From assembly GCA_036012755.1 (NCBI GenBank), contig DASCPX010000137.1:130456-194455 (forward strand): 64,000 nt of DNA, written 5' to 3'. Shown here piece by piece: positions 59,193-64,000 of the stretch (positions within the stretch are counted from its first letter, which is position 1; each line of letters opens with the position of its first letter). This DNA is from Myxococcota bacterium (lineage in GTDB: Bacteria > Myxococcota_A > UBA796 > CAJQPC01). The translations under genes and the position numbers were made by a program. The notes beneath the pieces were generated by a model. It made no database searches and was not told the origin of the DNA. It saw nothing but the letters and a program-made list of their open reading frames with translations.

Positions 59193-59290
59193 CGACCACT
59201 TCGGACGACGAGGTAGACGCCGTAGGACAGAAGCACGGTCCAGGTCACGCCGTAGACGAGCCAGACGGTGCCCCAGCCTCCTTCGATCAT
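59189..59290 (-). CDS. ccmD: CcmD-like small membrane protein
   Basis: 33 aa 'MIEGGWGTVWLVYGVTWTVLLSYGVYL..' between ccmC and ccmE, ATGA-coupled to ccmE. Confidence 0.7.
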   Translation of the reverse strand: MIEGGWGTVWLVYGVTWTVLLSYGVYLVVRSGR

Positions 59291-59295
59291 TCCGG

Positions 59296-59994
59296 TCACG
59301 AGACCTCCAGGGAGATCGGGGCCTTCTTCTCCGGGAGCGCGCTCGCTCCGTGCTCGGCCTGCATGCGGTCCAGGGCGATCTGCCGGCGGAAGAGGATGAA
59401 GCCGATGCAGAGGAAGAGCATGCCGAAGGCAGCGATGCGCAGGACCCAGACCATCGGGTCCGAGATCGTGTCGGGGTTCGACTGGGTCTGGTGGAGGCTC
59501 TTCCACCACTTCACGGACATGTAGACGATGGGCACGTCGACGAAGGCGAGGATCGTGGCGACAGAGCTCAGGGTGCGCCTGCGGTCGTGGTCGTGGACCA
59601 GCGCCCGGAGGACCAGCACGCCGGCGAAGGCCACGCCCATGATGGTGGTGGTCGTGAGCCTGGGGTCCCACGTCCAGTAGGTGCCCCAGGTCTGCTTCGC
59701 CCACATCGAGCCCTGGAACAGCAAGAGCCCCGTGAGCACCACGCCGACCTCGACGGCCGCTTCGGTGGTCGCGTCCCAGCCGTCGCGGCCGCTGGCGAGG
59801 GCGCCGCAGGCCGCGATGAAGGCGATGAAGTAGGTGAGCAGGGCGAGCCACGCGGTGGGCACGTGCACGTAGAGGATCCGCCCGACGTCTCCCATCATCG
59901 CCTCTGGCGGAGCGACGAAGAGTCCTGCGTAGTGCCCCACGCCGAGCAGGACGACGCCGAGCGCGCTGAAGCCAATTGCCCAGGGATTCTTCAC
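59296..59994 (-). CDS. ccmC: Heme exporter CcmC
   Basis: 'RILYVHVP.AW', 'GS.W....WG..W.WDPRLT', 'SV.WW..LHQ'. Confidence 0.95.
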   Translation of the reverse strand: MKNPWAIGFSALGVVLLGVGHYAGLFVAPPEAMMGDVGRILYVHVPTAWLALLTYFIAFIAACGALASGRDGWDATTEAAVEVGVVLTGLLLFQGSMWAKQTWGTYWTWDPRLTTTTIMGVAFAGVLVLRALVHDHDRRRTLSSVATILAFVDVPIVYMSVKWWKSLHQTQSNPDTISDPMVWVLRIAAFGMLFLCIGFILFRRQIALDRMQAEHGASALPEKKAPISLEVS

Positions 59995-60668
59995 TGTTCG
60001 ACCAGGTACCCGAAGAACACTCCGCCCAGCGCCCAGAAGACTGCGTCGAAGCAGCCCAGCAGGGCGAGCCATCCAGCGATTTGGCCCATCGGGTCCCCGA
60101 GGAGGACGAAGCCGAGGGCCTTCACCGCAGCCAGCAGCGCTGGGACGAGGAGCGGAAAGAGCAGGACCGGCAACATAAGCTGTTGGGCCCCGCTGCGCGC
60201 CGCCAGGGCGCTGTAGAGGGTCCCGGGTCCGGCGATGCCGGCGCAGCCGAGCAGTATGACCGCTGCCAGCTGCCACCAGGCCCCCGTGACGCCGATGTCC
60301 ATGAACCACGCGGACAGGGGCAGCACCAGGGTGGAGATGGCGAGCAAGACGACCAGGTTCGCAAGCGCCTTGCCGTAGAACAGCGCCCGCGGGTCGACGG
60401 GTAACAGCCGCATGCCCTCCAGGGCGCCGGACTCGATCTCCGTCTGGAAGCTCTGGTTCAAGAGCAGCGTCGAGGCCATCAGCATCGCCAACCAGACGTA
60501 GCCTCCGGCGTGCTGCTGGAGGGTCTTGGTGTCGGGACCGATCGCGAAGGAAAACAGCAGGATCATCAGCCCGGCGAAGGCGAACAGCGCGACGCCGCGA
60601 GCCCGGCCCCTCCACTCGATCTGGAGGTCCTTGACCAGGATGCGCAGCGCTTGCCTGACCCAGCTCAT
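59991..60668 (-). CDS. ccmB: Heme exporter CcmB
   Basis: 'KDL..E.R', 'F..E...G.LE...L.P', 'LPVL.FPL..P'. Confidence 0.9.
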   Translation of the reverse strand: MSWVRQALRILVKDLQIEWRGRARGVALFAFAGLMILLFSFAIGPDTKTLQQHAGGYVWLAMLMASTLLLNQSFQTEIESGALEGMRLLPVDPRALFYGKALANLVVLLAISTLVLPLSAWFMDIGVTGAWWQLAAVILLGCAGIAGPGTLYSALAARSGAQQLMLPVLLFPLLVPALLAAVKALGFVLLGDPMGQIAGWLALLGCFDAVFWALGGVFFGYLVEQ

Positions 60669-61339
60669 GGATGCAGCACGTCCCAGGCGCGACCGATGTC
60701 TGCTGCAGGTCCGGTCCAGCGGACCTGGCCCTTGTCCAGCAGCAGCGCCCGCTCGCAGAGGTGGCGTGCGCGGCTCACCTGGTGGCTCGCGACCACCACG
60801 GTCGTGCCCTCTCCCGAGAGCTCGATCAAGAGCTCGTCGACGAACTGGAAGCCCGAAGGATCCAGCTGACCGTAGGGCTCGTCGATGAGCGCCAACTGCG
60901 GCCTCTGGGCCAGCATGCGCGCGAAGGACAGGCGCTTTCGCATGCCCGCCGAGTAGGCCCGGACCGGGTCGTCCCGGAGCTCGAGTCCGACCCGCTCCAG
61001 CCAGGGCTCGGCGGCCTCGTCGCGCCCGAGCAGGTCGAGCATCACCCGGAGGTTCTGTGGACCCGAGAGGTCCTCGTAGACCGCCGGGAGGTGACTCAAG
61101 AGCGCCAGCTCCCGCCGGCACTGGGCGAGGTGCTCGCGGGGGTCCCGCCCGAAGAGCATCAGCTCGCCCTGGGTGGGCGGCAGCGCGGTGGCCAGGATGC
61201 GCAGCAGCGTGGTCTTGCCAGAGCCGTTGGCGCCGACGATGAGGAAGCGCTCCCCGGACTCGATCGCCAGGTCCACGCGGGCCAAGGCCCAGCGGGGTCC
61301 GTAGCGGCGGGAGAGACCATTGGTGTGGACCGCGAGCAC
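60665..61339 (-). CDS. ccmA: Heme exporter ATP-binding protein CcmA
   Basis: 'GANGSGKTT', 'YSAGMRKRL', 'LIDEP'; first gene of the ccm operon. Confidence 0.9.
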   Translation of the reverse strand: MLAVHTNGLSRRYGPRWALARVDLAIESGERFLIVGANGSGKTTLLRILATALPPTQGELMLFGRDPREHLAQCRRELALLSHLPAVYEDLSGPQNLRVMLDLLGRDEAAEPWLERVGLELRDDPVRAYSAGMRKRLSFARMLAQRPQLALIDEPYGQLDPSGFQFVDELLIELSGEGTTVVVASHQVSRARHLCERALLLDKGQVRWTGPAADIGRAWDVLHP

Positions 61340-61443
61340 GGGCGCGCTCTAACCTGCACTGGTGACCTTGTTGCTCCTCGCATGCGCCATCTCGTGGTCA
61401 CCCCCTTGACGCTTCGATACCTGCTCATGATGCGGCTGGCGGA

Positions 61444-63261
61444 GTGAAGCAGGTTCCGACTCACGTGCTCGGCCCGCCGGTGCGCGGCGATCTGCGCCGG
61501 CTCGGCGGCTTCGGCGAGGGCCTCGTCGAGGGCCTCCGCGGCATGCTCTCCAGCGCCGATCAGCTCGGCTACGCCTGGCAGATCCTGCGCGAGGGGGTCT
61601 GCGCCGAGGCGGACCTCGCGGGTCACCCCCTCTTCTGCCGTCGCTGCCTTCGGGAGCTCCGTCTCCACACGAGCCCGGCGCTGTTGCCGGGCGACCTGCT
61701 CGAGGCGGATCGGCTCCGTCGCATGTCGGCAGAGGACCTCGTGGCCCTCGGGCGTGTTCCCTTCCCCTTCGTCCGCGAGGTCGGGGACCCCGGCTTCACG
61801 CGCGTCAGCTGGGAGTCGGCCCTGAGCCGGATCGGCGAGGTCCTTCGGGCCATCCCGGCTCAGCGGCAAGCGTGGTTGGGCACAGAGGCGCTCTCGGACG
61901 AGGCGGCGTACTCCCTGGGACGGACCGCGCGGCTCCTGGGGGGTCACGGCGTGCACATCGTCGTCGACCATCCTGGCCGGGCTGTGCTCGCGGCGATGCT
62001 GGGGCATGCCTCTGGGACCGGGACCCTCGAAGACCTCGACTCCGACGTGGTGCTCGTGTGGGGGGCGAACCTGCGAGAGAACCACCCCGCCGTCTACGCC
62101 CGCCTGCGGGAGGCCAAGCTGCGCGGCACCCGCGTCGTGTCTATCGACGTGCTGGACGGGCTGCCCCTGGCGGATGACCTCGTCCGTGTCCGGCCCGGCG
62201 GTGACGGCGCCCTGGCCGCGGCGGTCCTTGCCACCCTGGACGGCTGGGGCGCGCTGGACGAGGAGGGCATCGAGGCTCACACCAGCGGGCTGCTGGAGCT
62301 CGACTCGGTCGAGGACCTGACCACCATCTCCGGCGCGAGGCCGGAGCTCGTCGAGTGGCTCGCCACCCTGCTCGTGCGGTCCGCGTCGAGTTGCAGCGTC
62401 TTCGGTCGGGGGCTCGGCGCAGGGGTCGCCGGTGTCGCGGCGCTTCACCTGGCGACCGGGCGGCTGGCCTCTGCTGGCAGCGCCCTGTTGCCCCTGTGGT
62501 CGCCGGGGCCCTGGGACATGGGCCTGGCGCCCGACCGCCTGCCTGGACGGGCGCTGACCGCTCGAAGCGCCGCGCGTCTCTCCAGGATCCTGGGCGTCCC
62601 GATTCCGGCCGCAGGAAACCCCGCGCCGGAGCCGGACTTCGTCTACACCGTCGGCGCCCGGGCCTCTGGGCGGATCCGCGTGCACCAGCTGGTCCACATC
62701 GATCCCAGCGTCGTGGAGCCCGGCGAGCTCGTCGTGTTGCTCCCTTCCTGCCGGCCCCACGAGGAGCAGCGGACCCGCACCACCCTCGAGCGCCGCCGGG
62801 TGCACCACGAGCCCCTTTTCGGAGGCCCGTCCGCCGGCGAGGCCCGCCCCTCCTGGGAGATCCCGGACCTGGTCGGGCGCGCTGCATCCCCCGGGCTGCC
62901 TGCGCTGGAGCTCGCCGAGATGGGCCGCGTGCTGGGACCGGACCGCTGGGAGCGACACCTCCATCGAGACGGCGACTTCTCCCGGCTCCCCGGCTGTCGG
63001 GCCCGCTTCGTCCCGATCCCCAAGCCAGTCCTCCGCCCGGGGGTCCATCTGAGCTTGCGTCACGGAGTGGCCCGTGGGCTGATCTTCGTGTCTCGGAGCA
63101 GCGGCTTCGAGGACGGCGACCACGTCCGCGTCCTGGGAGACCTCGGATCGATCCCGGCCAGGATCCGCCTCGCTGATCTGCTCCCATCGGTGGCGCAGCT
63201 GGACGCCAGCGACTCGGCCCGGGTCACCTCGGACGGCCGCGTCCGCATCGAGCGGGCCTGA
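61444..63261 (+). CDS. Degenerate FdhF/YdeP-like molybdopterin oxidoreductase homolog
   Basis: 'YAWQILREGVC', 'LGRVPFP', 'RVSWESAL..I', 'EAAY', 'GT..D..SD....WGAN...NHP', 'TTLERR', 'GEARP.WEI'. Confidence 0.7.
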   Translation: MKQVPTHVLGPPVRGDLRRLGGFGEGLVEGLRGMLSSADQLGYAWQILREGVCAEADLAGHPLFCRRCLRELRLHTSPALLPGDLLEADRLRRMSAEDLVALGRVPFPFVREVGDPGFTRVSWESALSRIGEVLRAIPAQRQAWLGTEALSDEAAYSLGRTARLLGGHGVHIVVDHPGRAVLAAMLGHASGTGTLEDLDSDVVLVWGANLRENHPAVYARLREAKLRGTRVVSIDVLDGLPLADDLVRVRPGGDGALAAAVLATLDGWGALDEEGIEAHTSGLLELDSVEDLTTISGARPELVEWLATLLVRSASSCSVFGRGLGAGVAGVAALHLATGRLASAGSALLPLWSPGPWDMGLAPDRLPGRALTARSAARLSRILGVPIPAAGNPAPEPDFVYTVGARASGRIRVHQLVHIDPSVVEPGELVVLLPSCRPHEEQRTRTTLERRRVHHEPLFGGPSAGEARPSWEIPDLVGRAASPGLPALELAEMGRVLGPDRWERHLHRDGDFSRLPGCRARFVPIPKPVLRPGVHLSLRHGVARGLIFVSRSSGFEDGDHVRVLGDLGSIPARIRLADLLPSVAQLDASDSARVTSDGRVRIERA

Positions 63262-63729
63262 TCAGACCGGGTAGCCCAGCCCGCTCGCGATGAAGAAGGG
63301 GGCCACCGGGCTCAGCGCGCAGGCAGCCCAGATGAGTGGCCCGGGGTCCTCGCCCCTGTCGGCTCTGGTCGCGAAGGGCCAGACCACCCAGGCTGTCTGG
63401 AGGGCTCCGGAGATGGCGCCGAAGAGCACGCCGAAGAGCACGATGTTCGCGCCCTCGTGACAGCACAGCCCTGCGGCCCCGCCGACCGTCGCGCCCCACA
63501 GGCCGCCCATGATGAACCCGACCGGGACGAGCCCGGCGCCACGTCCCAGCCCGTGCAGCGCGAGCCCTACGATGTACCCGGTGCCGCCACCGATCATGAA
63601 GGCGCTCAGTGGGAACAGCGGTAGGCTCGTGGCCACGACCAGCGGGGCCAGCAAGCCATGGAAGGCCCCCATGGCGGCGAAGTAGAATCCCCAGACCTCG
63701 GCGTCTTTCGGCACGGGATCAAGGTGCAC
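63262..63729 (-). CDS. Hypothetical membrane protein
   Basis: Gly-rich hydrophobic helices; converges on the previous gene. Confidence 0.6.
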   Translation of the reverse strand: MHLDPVPKDAEVWGFYFAAMGAFHGLLAPLVVATSLPLFPLSAFMIGGGTGYIVGLALHGLGRGAGLVPVGFIMGGLWGATVGGAAGLCCHEGANIVLFGVLFGAISGALQTAWVVWPFATRADRGEDPGPLIWAACALSPVAPFFIASGLGYPV

Positions 63730-63767
63730 ACCCGATGTGCAGAATCGGGGGAGGGGGCCCGCAATTC

Positions 63768-64000
63768 CTAGAACGGAATCGGGTCGTCTCCGCCGCCACC
63801 TGCGTTGCCGCCGCTGTCGCCGTCGTAGGGCATGTCGCCGCCACCGCCGCCCTGGCCTCCGCCGCCGCCGCCCTGGCCTACGCCGCCACCCTGGTCGCCT
63901 CCGCCACCCTGGCCTCCGCCACCCTGGCCTCCGCCACCCTGGCCTCCGCCACCCTGGCCTCCGCCACCCTGGCCTCCGCCACCCTGGCCTCCGCCACCCT
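63768..64000 (-). CDS. ssb: Single-stranded DNA-binding protein, 3' end (partial)
   Basis: Manual translation: (GQGGG)n linker ending '...GDMPYDGDSGGNAGGGGDDPIPF*', the acidic DDxPF SSB tail. Confidence 0.8.
   Translation of the reverse strand, partial: GGGGQGGGGQGGGGQGGGGQGGGGQGGGGQGGGGDQGGGVGQGGGGGGQGGGGGDMPYDGDSGGNAGGGGDDPIPF
63901..64000. repeat. 15-bp coding tandem repeat CCGCCACCCTGGCCT (6 perfect units plus a partial; degenerate units from about 63840)
   Basis: Read directly; encodes the GQGGG linker of SSB. Confidence 0.95.

Noticed and set aside
63840..64000. Tandem repeat as a possible CRISPR array
   Set aside because: No spacers, 15-bp unit, in frame within the ssb linker, and no cas genes.

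Overview
High-GC, very gene-dense bacterial DNA. It looks Myxococcota/deltaproteobacterial from an AgmX-like TonB-C protein, a Ser/Thr kinase, a DUF4388-DnaJ-TPR protein, an spdEFG1-type EF-G and many lipoproteins; the lineage is inferred, not proven. I see no rRNA, tRNA, CRISPR array or mobile element. Recognisable blocks: (1) a redoxin-octaheme cytochrome plus TauE; (2) a Tat-lipoprotein and its signal-less paralog; (3) a tightly packed minus-strand run (15286->7646) of a triheme Ig-repeat lipoprotein, DUF4266, DUF3570, two Ig-repeat lipoproteins, a TlpA redoxin, a PlpX/splicease-like radical SAM-SPASM enzyme and a small 'ALYG' lipoprotein, divergent from apbE; (4) a Tad/Flp pilus operon with a TadZ-TadA fusion and a second convergent TadA; (5) an HcrC-HcrA fusion plus HcrB-like molybdoenzyme; (6) fusA; (7) a complete ccmABCDEFGHI operon; (8) a degenerate FdhF/YdeP; (9) the 3' end of ssb. 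The best candidate novel system is the splicease-like rSAM acting on a membrane-anchored XYG protein at the end of an extracytosolic flavinylation/heme redox operon. Window-wide patterns: ultra-short signal peptides (7-12 aa), TAnnnT-N6-start leaderless promoters, and several deletion or nonsense scars. All family calls come from motif recognition by eye, not database searches.
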